Assembly (NCBI RefSeq): GCF_009834535.1
Contig: NC_045696.1
Location: 72,542,001-72,606,000, forward strand
Direction of reading: 5' to 3'
DNA from: Camelus ferus
Taxonomy: Eukaryota
Length of the DNA: 64,000 bases
Positions 11,334 through 24,205 of this stretch are shown here, piece after piece. Numbering within the stretch: the first letter of the stretch is position 1; each line of letters starts with the position of its first letter. The translations under genes and the position numbers were made by a program. The notes below the pieces were generated by a model. It saw nothing but the letters and a program-made list of their open reading frames with translations, did not search any database and had not been told where the DNA came from.

Positions 11334-12369
11334 GTGAGAATGTTTGCTGCTCAACAAACTGGTAATCCTAGGTGGAGAAGTAAGTGCTTAGAGCACTAGT
11401 TGGGAGGGTCTCAGTGCCTTTTCCTTTGGAATGTGATATTATCAGTAGATTAAGAGGCTAGACACCTGGTGAGGAAATATTAGCCTTATTCTGTCTGGGT
11501 GTTTTTGATGTTTTCCTGGATTATTGCTGGTTGGCCAATTTTCAGTTCTGTTAGAGACTGTATGACCCTGAACTTCTCAGAAATAAAAATTAAAGAATAA
11601 TGTAAACATAGAAAATATATATTTAAGAAGGGAAATCTCTAGATTGATGGTCTACTTTGATTATTTCTGAAGTTTTTATTGATTAGGTAGAAAACATTCA
11701 TCTACATATGGAACCTTCATGGTGAGGGGAAAACTTCAGTTGTTATACCTTGGATTCAGTTTACTGTGCAGGTAAAAAGAGGTAAGTGTCCATTCATATT
11801 TTCAGAAGAATGGCAAACTTGACCTTGTAGCTTCAAGAGCAATAATTGGAAGCTCTCAGAGTGGATGCAGATAAAAACGAGGAGTGCCCAAAGAGAATAT
11901 TATGTTGATCCAGAGTGACACTATGGGAAATGCAATGTCAAAATTTGTCTAGCCAAGCTCAAGAAGTTAAAGCTCCTACAGATGATTGAAGGGAAAATAG
12001 ACACCCACTCTCAGATGCTTGGGCCAGTCTCAGAGGTTACTGGGCTCTGGTATGTTGGGGAGACTGAAAATTCTCCAACTCCAAAATTTGTTATTAGTGA
12101 CCCCTTATTTTTAAAAATTATGAGCAGAGAAAAATAATCTGGCTAGAAGTGTAGGAGATCCTTCTGTTTGTGCTTCACTACTTAATTTCTTTGAAGAATT
12201 GTTATGGAATCTTATTCTGAAGCTCCTGCATATCCTTGTAGAGAAGTCAAAACCTGAATAGAAGAAAAAAGAAACAAAGAAATGCAGTACATAAAATTCC
12301 TCAAAACCTAAAAAAGAAAACAAACAAAACCAAAAATCATTCCATTGAAGTGAGTAGGCTTTTGTTGTT

Positions 12370-12960
12370 CACTTTTCTTTTTAAATGAAATATTACAACA
12401 CTATAGAAAAGTACAATATTACTAATATCTGAGAACTCACTGTTTTAGTCTTCTAAACATTTTATCGTATTTGCTTTGAATTAAGAAATATTCCTTTACA
12501 GATACAGGTGAAGTCTGTTGTGTGCCCTTTTGCAACTGCATTCACTTCACTATGGTGACTTTATGCTTTTACTAAGTATATTTGTATCAATAGTCATTAG
12601 ATAATATTGTTTAGCATGATTTTAAAGTTTGTATACGTGATATTGTATTGACTATATCCTTGTACAAATGTTTGCTTTGCTCAAAATTGTATTTATGAGA
12701 TTTTTTTTAATGTTCATTCACACAGCTCTAGTTAATTCATTTTACTTCATCAGTTGTATGAACATGACATGATATATCCATTCTTCTTTTAATGATGAGC
12801 ATTCAAGTTGTTTCTAGTTTTTCATCACAGCATTGTTTTTGCTAGTTTAAAATCTTTTACATGTCTCTTTGTGCTTAGCTATGAAAGTTTTTCTAGAAAT
12901 ACACCACAGACTAGAATTGATAGGTTGAAGGTAAGCAGTCTTCAACATTATATTGCCTAT
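12370..12960 (-). mobile_element. Old L1 (L1ME-type) 3' fragment
   Basis: atatccattctt...gcattcaagttgtttctagtttt...ctagaattgataggttgaagg resembles antisense L1M. Confidence 0.65.
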
Positions 12961-13792
12961 GCAGCAGGACTTTTTAATACAAAAGAGACGTATCATAATT
13001 TTGAATTCCAATGATATAATTTAAAACCCTTTAATAAGTCTCATAATACAACATGGATCTGCACTCTGTAGCCTGCATCTGGGACATATGCTCAGATCTC
13101 TGATCTAGGTTTCCAATATGGAAATTATATGTGATATGTTCTCCTTTTGTAGTGTAGTACATGTGCTGTTCCCGCACACCCCCCAGTCTTTTGACAGTAG
13201 CAATTACAAAATGGCAGAACTCACCTGGCTAAAACATTTTCACCTTTAAAATGACAGTCACTAAGAACTAGCTCAGATGAATTGGAATTACAGGCAAGAA
13301 GCCTATAGGATTCATTAAAGAATATCATCTGAAGGAGTTGTTTAGAAACAACACAGCCAGTTGTGGGCAGGAGCAGGGGGAAGCTATTTTCCATTTAAAA
13401 GCTAAAACCAGGGTTTCAGTTATAGGAAGAAACCTAATACTAGTGTATTAACTAACTAAAGTTATCTGTTTTTTTTTTCTTTCTTTCTTTTTTTGTTTTG
13501 GTCCTGTCTATCTCCTGATATTTATAGGTGGCTGGGTTGTAGAAAAAGACCAAGAGGAGTTTTCAAGTTACAATAAAATTTTCTCAACTTACAGAGAAAT
13601 CAAGGTTTTCTTTTATATATGTCTTCATCAACATTTAGCTTAAAGGTTTCAGGATAGATAGGTTTATTGGAATCCACTTCTTAAGCCCAGTTGAGCCTAA
13701 ATCATATCATGTTAGTGACAACTTCAATAAAATTGAGGTGCTAAAATTAGACACTGAAATAGAGGACAAAGTTGTATTCTTTTCATTCTGTG

Positions 13793-13919
13793 TTTCTCTC
13801 TCTCTCTATCTCTCTCTCTATATATAGTTTTATATATAATCCATAGTTATATATAGATTATATATAATAAATTATATATGTAGATAGATTATATATAAAT
13901 TATATATATATATATATAT
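13793..13919. repeat. (CT)n/(TA)n low-complexity microsatellite
   Basis: Directly visible tctctc and tatata runs. Confidence 0.9.
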
Positions 13920-14133
13920 CTGATACTTCCAGGTCATTGAGGTCAGGTAGTTAGTAGAAGAGCCTTGGACCTTTGCCACCACTCTAGAAGAACTTGAAGG
14001 TCCTCACTAACCTAATAAATGATCAATAAATACATGTATATATCTGTAATCCAAACTGCATTCATCCATCCATATACATATCACTGATTGTTTTTTGAAA
14101 AGGTTACAGTTCAAGTAATATATACTTAGAAGT

Positions 14134-14543
14134 TGAGGTGGGAAGCCCCATGAAAAGACTGGCAGGGCCACTATTTTCCCACTGGTGCCATCCGGTTCCC
14201 CAGCCTGGTAGCATTATCTCGCTTTTGTGCTTCTGTAAAACGGTTTGCTTCTAGGAAAGTGAAACTTACCCCTAAGATTCTATTGGTTCCCAAAGCTCAC
14301 TCCTGATTGGTCCATTTCTAACACCTACTCTGCATATGATGTTGCAAAATGTTGCAAAGTCTTGACTGGTAGCCTATAAAAGCCTGTGTAAACCTACAAA
14401 TGGGGTCCAGAGCTAGGAGTGTTAACTCTTCTGGGACCACTGGTGAAATAAACCTGAGTTCTCCAACCTTCCGAGTGCTGCTTGATCTGTCGCCAGGATC
14501 CAGGTTGCTATCACACTGAGTTGTAACACACTTTACTGTAACA
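14134..14543 (+). mobile_element. Solo ERV LTR (ERV1-like)
   Basis: 410 bp with TG...CA ends; 4-bp near-TSD aagt/aagc; two ATTGG (inverted CCAAT) boxes; TATAAAA at 14375; AATAAA at 14447. Confidence 0.8.
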
Positions 14544-15696
14544 AAGCACTTGCAAAGACATATATTATTGGGAAGACAACAATCTCTAAAGTCATATCCT
14601 TTAAAGCAGTAGAATATTTGCTGGAGGAAGCTGGAGTGTTCAGAAGAAGCATCCATATTCCCAAGTCTTCTCTTGCTTTCTTTCTTACACCTAGCTCCAA
14701 CACTTTACCGATTTTTCCTGCTTTGAAATAGGAAAAAGTAACATAATAACAACCTTACTTCTGGGACACAGATCCCTCACACCCTATCCAATTTCCACTC
14801 TGGGCTTCCGTCTGAATGTATCCTTACTTTAGTCACTGTCCCATGGTAGTTGTGCCCTGTAAGAGTGTTTCTCTAATGGACTGAATAGTTGTGACTTTGT
14901 GTTGTTAGTAACAGAAAATTTGTTGCATTTTGGTCGAACTCTTCATTCATGGTCTAAGAATATAATTGACAGGGATAAGAGGTAACAGCAGGTCTTTTTG
15001 AGCATCTGCTTTCAGACCAAGGGAAAACAATTATTTGAATAGATACTCTACCTTTGTGAGGTGCCCTGTCTTTCCATTTCAATCTCATATTGCTCCTTGA
15101 CCCCTGAACATGTTGCACTCGTTTGTCTTTTAACACTGATTTTTAAATACAAGTTTCAATAATCTGGACTTTCCTCCCTCTCTTACCCATACTTCAAAGT
15201 TAAGCTGAATACTACCTTGTCTTTAGCCCATTCCTTAAGAGAGCAGCTCACAGTTCCTACAGAATTACAATAGAACTTCTGCCTGGACATCTCAGTTGAC
15301 TCACTTGATGTATAATCATGTACTCTTTTGGACTAGCAATTTGTGTCTCTTAGTTTTATTTCCCCCCAATAGATTGTGAATACCTTGAGGGCAGGAGCCA
15401 TATGTATTTCCTACTTCTCTCTCCTCTAAAAGTCCTAGCAGTATTATGAGGCTATACTGGGTATCTTCCAAACTTAATTAATTACTTCTTTGTCTTGACA
15501 TTTAACTTGCCATAGGTTTATATCTCCTCTGGAATTACAAACATCTTAGCAAAAACTATAGATAAAACTTTCGTGTCCCACATAGAGCAGTTGATCAATT
15601 AATATTTTTTGAGCAAATGAGAATATCATGCTTGGAAAAAGGGTGAGACTGATTAAACAAAAGGTGTTGTTGTTGTTGTTGTTGTTTTCCCTCAAG

Positions 15697-15714
15697 GATT
15701 TTGCCATGGAAAAG
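15697..15714 (+). other. Candidate 18-nt microexon containing GCCATGG (unverified)
   Basis: (gtt)n-ttttccctcaag|GATTTTGCCATGGAAAAG|gtgagc. Confidence 0.25.
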
Positions 15715-18700
15715 GTGAGCAACACAGCTCCTCATCTCTAATCTGAAGGCAGTGAATTCTGCAGGGTTGGATTGTTTCTATTCAAAGTGTATCATCAGAG
15801 TAGGAATGAATGTTTTCCATCATTTTAATCTATAGCATCTTACTCAGTGCCTGGTACACAGTAGACCATCAGTAAATGATTACTGAGTTGAGATTAAATA
15901 AATTAAACAGGTATTTCAAACATTTATTGAGGTCTTACTACTTTCCTCCCAGTATCTCACCTAATCCTTATGACAGTCATTTGAAGAAGGTAATATAATC
16001 ATGATTTTAGAAATGATGGAATTGAAGTCTAGAGATATTGAAAGCAGTGTCCATCTTCACAGCTAGAAAAGGACAGAGATAGAATACAAGTTCATTTTGC
16101 TTGGATTCTCTAAAAATTCCACACCTTTTTCATTATATCATACTGCCTTGACTTCAGGAATTTTATTTTGTGGGATGAGTCTTAGACCAATTAATATATC
16201 TCCAAGTCAGTGGAGGAATTTCATACTGGATCCAAGTCTACCTAAATTTGGTGGAGAGCAATTTTAAGGAACGACTCTTGAAAAAGCCTGTTGTTGTATA
16301 TTCACTGAAGAATTTGGGACTGGTGAGGAAGAGACTTTTGACATGAAAAGGGCAATTAGGTGGAGACCTATTGACATCATTTTCAATGGCAAATATTGCT
16401 CTTCATCAGTTGTTATTCTTTCATTTCATTACCGTGACTTTACATTCTTAGGCAATTTTTATTTAAGTACCTTTTTTGGTTATTTACCCATCTGATTTCC
16501 CAATAGAATTGACTCCTAGGACAAAAATTTACTTCCTGCTTTTCACTCCCTTCTTAATCTCAGGTAATGTGTAGAACACAAATCTCTTGTTTCTATAATT
16601 ATGTTAATTTTAAGGGGAAAATATAATCCCTGAGATTATATTAGAGATACTTGGACTTGTTTCACAGCTGGAAGGAAACTCACACAAGTCAGTGAGTTAC
16701 TTGACGAAGGTCACAGAGTTAGCTAACCTTTTAATTAAAGGGTAGACCTAAAATGGACTCTAGAGATCCCCTAATTCAACTCCTTCATTTTTCAGACAAG
16801 TTAACCTAACAGGTGCACACAATCCCAATACCTTTCAAGGTAAATACCTACAATGTCTTCCCACAATGACCTGACTCCTTGTTGCAGAAACGACTGATGC
16901 TTTCTGAGCCTTTGTGTTAACATAAGGTGGACTCTTCAATACACCCACACCCCATAACTAAAATGGTTAGAATTGAATGTTCAGTAGCATTTTGGAAGCC
17001 TCACCATGGAAACAAAGGTTTGGATTCCCTCAGATTGAATTTCAGTGTTCTTCCTCTAGAGCAGAGAAATTGAGGCTCCTGCAGGCATGGGTTCTGTCAG
17101 ATGAGACTTTAAATTTCAAAATAAAAGATTCTTCTCGGCAGGATATTAGAGTGTCATGGTGCACCATTAGGAAGGAATGCAGCCTGTCCTAATTCTCTTG
17201 GTCGACCCTTTGAAAACCTTGACTGAGGGAAAATCTCATTCTTGGCCTCCTGGACTCTTGGATGCTCTAAAGAAATGTCATTGCTTTGCAGCTAATAGAC
17301 CCTTAAAAGTTACTTCCAAAGAAAACATATCTAGTCATTGTTCATTAATATAGAATAATGGAGATGTGAAAAATTTAAAATACATGTTTTGGAACACAAT
17401 GAAAAATATATGCCCCAAACGCAAGAGCTCTATCTAGAAAGGCAGTGCTGCCTCTGGGAAGTAATTTTTGTTGTGTAGAGTGGGGTCCTGGTTTTGTAAC
17501 TTAGAAAATGTAACAGTTGCTAGGTGGTAAGCTGTAGGGGTGGGAGTAGAAAGTGAGGGGCTTATCGGACCTTATTTCCAAGCTGACACAACATGTTTTA
17601 AGTGGATGGTGTTTGGTTTCATTATGTTAACAGCATCTCCCTGTGCTCTTTGATGCATCGCTCCAGTGCTTAGTAATTTAGTAACAGGTTGGAAATGGGC
17701 GAGGGGTAAAATGAGCCTGTGTTACCATAGGGACAACTATCCAGCTCTTACTTTTGAATTAGCATAGTAACAGAAGGTGACATTTTGCCCCAGAGTTCAG
17801 AGGAAACATAAAGTTATAAATTATACCATACATACAGACTTGTTGAATGTATAAGTCCTCTAGAGTCAGCTCTTAAAGTACTGGCTGATCAGAGATTGAT
17901 ATGTTCTAATCAACTCAACATGAGATGTGATAATTTTACATTTGTGCAAAAGAAAAATATGAATGTTTTCATGATGAAAATTACCTTTTCATACTTTGTA
18001 CTTCTGTAAGACTTGGCTTATTTGAGATGCAGACGAACTGGTTTTCTGATCTTTTGAGGCATGCCATTAATATTATCAGTCTAAGGAGCTGAATGAAATT
18101 CTAGGCATAAAGCAGATCAGCTCCAGATTTAATATTGGGTGTATGATTTAACTTTTGTTCCATTTTATCTGCTTTATATTAGTCTTAACATCAATGATCA
18201 TGCCTCACCAAATCACTTAAAGAAAAGGGTGCCCTTGTAAATATCTAGAACAACTACCAGATGAGATTGTATATATACCAAATTAATGAAAACCTCTTGT
18301 ATATCTTCAGAGCAACAATTTCCAAATATCCCTGGCTTACAAAAAATGTGTGATTCAGCCAATAAAATTCACGTTGAACACTAGAGTAGTCATTGTGGTC
18401 TTTTTGGCCCACACTGCAATCAGGATGATCTCTGTAATGTCATTTAAGTCTTAGAAGTACCTTGTTCCTTTTGCGATTGTTTGCTTTTACATGTGTACGT
18501 GTTGCAGTTAAAGACTAACCTTGGTTAAGATCTACAGTGAATGGAGATAGTTAGAAACCTCACATAGCAAGTTGCTATTTAACTTTTTTTCTCCAATGCA
18601 AATGATTTGTTGGAGTTTATAGTTTCTTGGGTAGAATATTTTAATATAAATAAACATTTCAAAGGTTTTCAGGTGTTCTTGAACACCAGAATGGTGGAAA

Positions 18701-19612
18701 GTAACTTTTAAACTTCTTAAACTTTTTATACTTTTAAAATTCAAGAAAATTTTATCATTTGATTGATTACAATTTATGAAATGATGACAAACACCCAAGA
18801 TTTTATCTCCCACAATTCTAATTGATTTTGGGGGTGTGGATAAGGAATAAGAAGCTATATGATAAATAACTTCAAAAATTAAAGCTTCGTTTGCACTAAC
18901 AGTTCTCTCTTTTGAATTCAAATATTTTCTGAGAGGGCTAGTTATGCTTTAGTGTAAATTTCTTTAATTAGCTCAATCAAATTGAGTATTTTAAATGAGG
19001 AGAAGAGGAAGTGGAGATCTTAACTGCATAGAAATGAGCTAAGGGGAGTGAATGGTCAAGAAAATGATGGTGAGATCTGGGCCACAAGGGATCAGACTCC
19101 TGCCCCTTCCCCAGACTCTTCTATTCCCAGCTCCTCCCCAACTCATCTCTCTTTTCCTTTATCGTGAGAATTTTCAGACTGCCCTGTTCTTGGAGAGCTC
19201 TACAGACTCTTCCATGGAATGCAGATTCTAAATGCCAGAGAATTGAGAGTTCATCCTTGGATATGAAATACTCTTCTTAGGAAATAAAGCACAAAAGGAA
19301 TTCATTTTTCCCCTTTATTTTCAGAGTTGTGATAATGAATAATAGGCCATGGCAGTAGAAGACTACTCAGGAGACAATTCATGAACTCCCTAGCTGTTTT
19401 TACTTACTTATAAATACATTAACTGTTCAGTCTTTTTACACGAGTTTGTGGGCTCTTTTTTGTGTGGCTGGTTCACTCAGGCTGTTGATGAAAGAGTGCA
19501 AGAAGAAGCTGAATGGGTCAATTGCTGGAGATGTTCGAGAGAGAATTTAAGCACCAGGTCTTGGGTTGAGTGATGTTACCTTCAAAGTCTGTGCCAATCT
19601 GAAGTCCTAGGA

Positions 19613-19801
19613 AAGGGATGGCAGATATATTTTGACAAAGTGCTCCTTTGATCAATTAATAATGCCTACATATTGCTCTTGATAGAAAAGACTTCTGAAG
19701 CCATGTCTAAGCTCTTCGGGAGAAATGTTCATGACCAATTAGTCAACATCCACCTTTCTATAAAGAAGTGTTACTGTTTGTGACTGTGTTTGCCATCCCT
19801 G
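19613..19801 (+). mobile_element. MER102-like hAT-Charlie MITE
   Basis: Perfect 10-bp TIR AGGGATGGCA/TGCCATCCCT; 8-bp TSD tcctagga/tcctagaa; interior resembles MER102. Confidence 0.75.
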
Positions 19802-21825
19802 TCCTAGAATAGTCAATGAGAAGTTGATTCTGACCTGGATTTCCCTGTGAAACCGTTTCCATAGTTTTCTGTTCATGTTTACTGATTAAATCTTGAACCC
19901 ATCCTGCTATTGTGCATGACAAGCTGTTAATCTGAGGGAAGAGAGAAAAAGAGAGCATGGTGCAACGTTAAAGTACAGTCTTAGAAAATAACTCAGTTAT
20001 ATTTGTCACCAGCATCCCTTAAATAAAGCATAGTACTTTAAAAATGTAGACATTTAGATCGGTATAAGATAATTTGCTACTATAACTGTAATTAAAAGTG
20101 ACAAAAGGAGTTGATATGTGATCTTGCAAGGCAATGTAATAATAGACAAAAATGTACAACCTCTGTTTAAAACATGACCTGTTGAGTGTAGCACGGTTTT
20201 GAGCAGGACTGTCATTAAATCAGTCTCAAGGAATTATGGCCCAGGTTCACGTCTTAGATGAGTCAACTGCAGGATTCCCTCATCAAGATATCTAAAGTGA
20301 GACACTGGATGTGTGTGATTTATGTGAATTGCTGTTTGCCTGTGTCTGTGAAAGGCTGTCGAAAGGGATGTTACCTTTAATCTAAAAGTACTCAGCTGTT
20401 GGCATTTTGGCATTGTCCCTACTCAGAAATGAAGATATGAGATTTAAGGTATTTCTGAGGAATTTTAAATAATTGCTAGAATCAATTTGAGTTCTGTAAC
20501 AACCTGTACATATCATGAGAGTGAAAACAAAGGACTATTCACATGGATGATCCCTTGCCAAATAGGGCGTGTGAAAGCTTATAAGAATTTGCTTATGTAT
20601 CTTAATATAGTGACTTAATGCCTTAAGAATATAACTCCTTCAAATGCCTTAAATTTCAAGAGGGTTTTACTATCCATGTTTTCTTTTAAGAATGTGATGC
20701 ATTTGAAACAATACAGGTGGGCAAATGATTCTTTAAGCATTATGCTTGGCACCAAAGAGGAATTAAAATACAAGATTCACTGATTGTGTATGCTGGTATA
20801 TCAAGAAAGCTAGGAGGCAGGAAGATCAATGCAGGTATTTTCTCCCATGTCGAGCGAGCTGAGAAAGAAAGCATCTCCCTATTTTTAGCATGGGTACATT
20901 GGTTCAGCCAGTCTGACTAATCTTAGCAGAGATGAATTAACAATGGGTAGGAAGCCCTTAGTCCCTGGGTGAATTAAAGTCATAAAAGTTCTCCAAGTAG
21001 TCAAGGACCCAGTTGTGGATAAAGTGAGTTAAAGACATTTCTTTTTATGTTGTGCAATGTGTTTTCCACATGGAACACATTCCTACCAGACTTCAGCAAC
21101 AGGAAGTATTTGCCTCTTCAAATAAACCACCTACTTTCTTTTATCAAACCATAAGACTTCACATTTCCCTTGTTGCATTGACTGCCAGGAGTCTCAGGGC
21201 TATGTTAGTACTCAATTTCAGAAACAGTGTCATTCTAGCTTTCTGATACAATTATGTCTTTTTTCCTAAATGATTTCTGGTCTGCTTTAAAAAAATGCTA
21301 CAAGCGATATAAAATTGTAAGTTACCTCAGATCCTTTGTGAGAACACAAAGGGTCTAATTTCTACATAAAATAAAAATATGAGTTGTTGAAATAATTTCT
21401 TGTATGTTTTGACCTTAACATCTAAAGGTAAATCTAGAAACTTGGGCCATTAGGATTGTGCAAATAATTGTAAAACCAAAGTCAAATGGAGACAGGATTG
21501 TTGTGTTAAAAAGTAAGTTTATGAAAAAAGCCAAGTGCATCATTATTCTTTATGTACACAAAACACTGCTTGCATCTCCTGTCTTCACATGACTTATTGT
21601 CATCCCTCCACTGTAGGTTTCATGCCTGTCCATGTTCCACCTGTATAAATGTAGCATCTGAAGATTTTGCTCAAACACTGACCCCTCTGAAACCTCTGTA
21701 GGCATGCCTCTCCTGCTTTGCTTTCCAATTTCCACTACATTTGTTTTTTTTTCTCACAAATATTCTTTTAACACTGTCACAGTGTTTGCCTATATTTTTG
21801 TGGTCTCCCCATGTACCTCCTAGAC

Positions 21826-22000
21826 CATTGCTTCTGGCTGTGCACTGGAATCACCAGGGGGGTTACAAGAAATACTCATGGGTGGATCCCACCCCCAAAG
21901 ATGTTGATTTGATTGGTATGAGGTGCTGCATGGGCATTGAGATTTTTGAAATCTTCCTAGGTGATTCTACCTGCTGTTACCATTGAGACGTTCAAACCGT
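21826..22000. mobile_element. MER5B-like MITE within an L2 fragment
   Basis: ctggctgtgcactggaatcacc...gatttgattggtatgagg...cctaggtgattcta; L2-like sequence on both sides. Confidence 0.7.
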
Positions 22001-22294
22001 TGTCTTTAGAACATTGAGGTCATCCTTATTTATCCTTCTCTGCTCTAAGAGCAATGCCTTGTGCTTTGTGGGTGTTTTAAAAATGTTTGTTGATATGTCT
22101 GGCATGGAAGCTATTGGAAAATCTTTCAATCTGTCAATCTGATCATCTTTGGGGAAGTATGATTATTTCTGTAACATTCATTTATTCCTTTGTACAACAC
22201 ACATACATTAAGCAGCCTTGAGGTTTTGTGGAGTTCTGCCCTCTATGGGGAGCTGCATACAAAAAGTTCAAATGATTCACTTCTTGTTCTACCA

Positions 22295-22485
22295 CTATGG
22301 CTATAATTTTCCATGTGCCTACTGTGTACTGACACTGTTCCATGTGCTTTATATATGTTAGCACACTTAACTGCTCATAACAGATCCCTGTTTTTATTTT
22401 ACAATTAGAAGAACTGGAGAATAAGACTCTGAGGCTAGGATTCACACCCAGGTGTGCCTGGCTCAAATCTAATGTTCTTTGCACA
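22295..22485 (-). mobile_element. MIR SINE
   Basis: gtgcctactgtgtactgacactgttccatgtgcttt...ttttacaattagaagaactg...ggattcacacccagg. Confidence 0.7.
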
Positions 22486-23525
22486 CACGAGGCTACTACT
22501 AAAAAGACTTTGGTTTCTGTTGATGTTTTGTATGTATCTGTTTAATATGAATACTGATGGCTTGACTTTTTAAACTGTCTTTCCAGTGGTTTGAAGATAT
22601 AGAGGCCATCAAATGTCGTTCAGTGGGATTTGTTCACCAATCTTCCAAATGTTCTGTTTGATTGCAGTTGCTCCCAAATCCTTCTAGACACTCCCCTTCC
22701 CATCCAGAGCCTGTACAAGACCTCAGCAAGGGTAGACTGGCTGAGTATGGCCAGTTTACTAGCTGATAAAGTTGATGGAATTATAAAACTACTCACCCAT
22801 TACATGACTTTTTACTTACAAATGTAGGGACACAATTGAAAAAAAAAAAACTGCAGGTACCAAATTAGACCTCCAAGTGAATACCAGTGCTCAGGCTCGC
22901 ACCTGCCCTGTGCCTCCCCACATACATGCACACACACATTTACTCCAGGGCACTTGTGTTACGTTTGCCTGCTTTATTGATATATTTTCTTCCACCTTGC
23001 TTCTAAGTTAGAAGATTGCCCACAAGCAAGATATTTTAAAAACTAACAGCTATGAACATAGCAGTTTTCAGAGAAAGAAAGAAAATGGTAATTATTATAC
23101 ATGGCGTTGTCTGTCTATAATCTCTCTCTCTCTGTCTCTCCCCTTCAATTTCCCAAATCAGATGATTTTAGCAATCCAATACCATAATCCATTTCTTGGT
23201 GATACCTGAGTATTTATTGAAGTTATTTAGAAATGCTTTATTTTGGTGTGTATTTCTAACACAAACAACATTTCTCATAAAATATATCAATACAGAAAGG
23301 TTGTACCCTAGTGAAAGGTGGTGTGATACTTTAAATGTTGCTTCCTAAGAATTTACCACATACTGAAACTTTGCCTGGTAAATTCAAACAAAACCACTGG
23401 TAAATTATTCTAGGCTAATCTCACTGAATGAAAATGAAAGCTAGTATTCCTTTTTTCTCTTTGATATTGTTGTGTGCTATATTAATGTTTATACAATGAT
23501 TTCTCTTTTCCCATTACTGTTTCAG

Positions 23526-23557
23526 ACACATGATTGTAGAATGAAGACAGTCTGTTA
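23526..23557 (+). other. Candidate 32-nt exon (unverified)
   Basis: ttctcttttcccattactgtttcag acceptor and GTAAGT donor. Confidence 0.3.
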
Positions 23558-24044
23558 GTAAGTACTTTAAAGTGATTGGTGTCATCAGATATTTATTCAA
23601 TTCAAACATATATTTTTTAAACAACTTTTTTCAGGGTTTAGATGTTCATGGCAGAGTTCCATTCTAGTGCCATTACTGCCTTCTACTCCTAAAAGCCTGC
23701 TTTGTATGCCTTGTGAGCCAATACATTTATGAAAGGAAGACTACTCCTCTCTCCCCTTTTTAATAAATGAAAATCCAAGACTTTTGGTTTCCACAGAAGC
23801 TAATAATTCAAAGGGGCATACACAATGTTTGGTAGAGACAGAGTTAGACTTAACTCAGGAAGTTAGAGTGCGAGTACTTCCTTATGCTCAGTCATTACCA
23901 GAAAGAGGCTACAGAAGGAGCAGCCTTGAAGTTTGAAGGTTAGTTCTGTGGGAGAACCAAATAGGGTTCTTCTCTATAGAGAGACTGATTATATTTTAGG
24001 AAGTTTACACATATGATGGTAAAGACAATGGATTAGAGCCTAAA

Positions 24045-24205
24045 GCAGTGGTTTCCTGGACCAACACCCACAGGTTAGAAATGCAGATTCTCTGACCCCT
24101 ACCCAGACCTCCTGAATGAGAAGCTGAGGAAGTAGCCCAGGAAACAGTGGTTTTACAATGCCTTCAGATGGTTCTGTTTCACGGTCAGGTTTAAGAACCA
24201 GTAGT
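24045..24205 (+). mobile_element. MER5A hAT-Charlie MITE
   Basis: cagtggttt...gttagaaatgcagattctc...cccagacctcctgaat...tttaagaacca. Confidence 0.8.

Noticed and set aside
18532..18921. 129-aa minus ORF beginning (M)NSK and ending ...LCEVSNYLH, superficially like bornavirus M or G
   Set aside because: TTG start, only isolated 3-4 residue matches, spacing inconsistent with the M-G layout and no collinear blocks.
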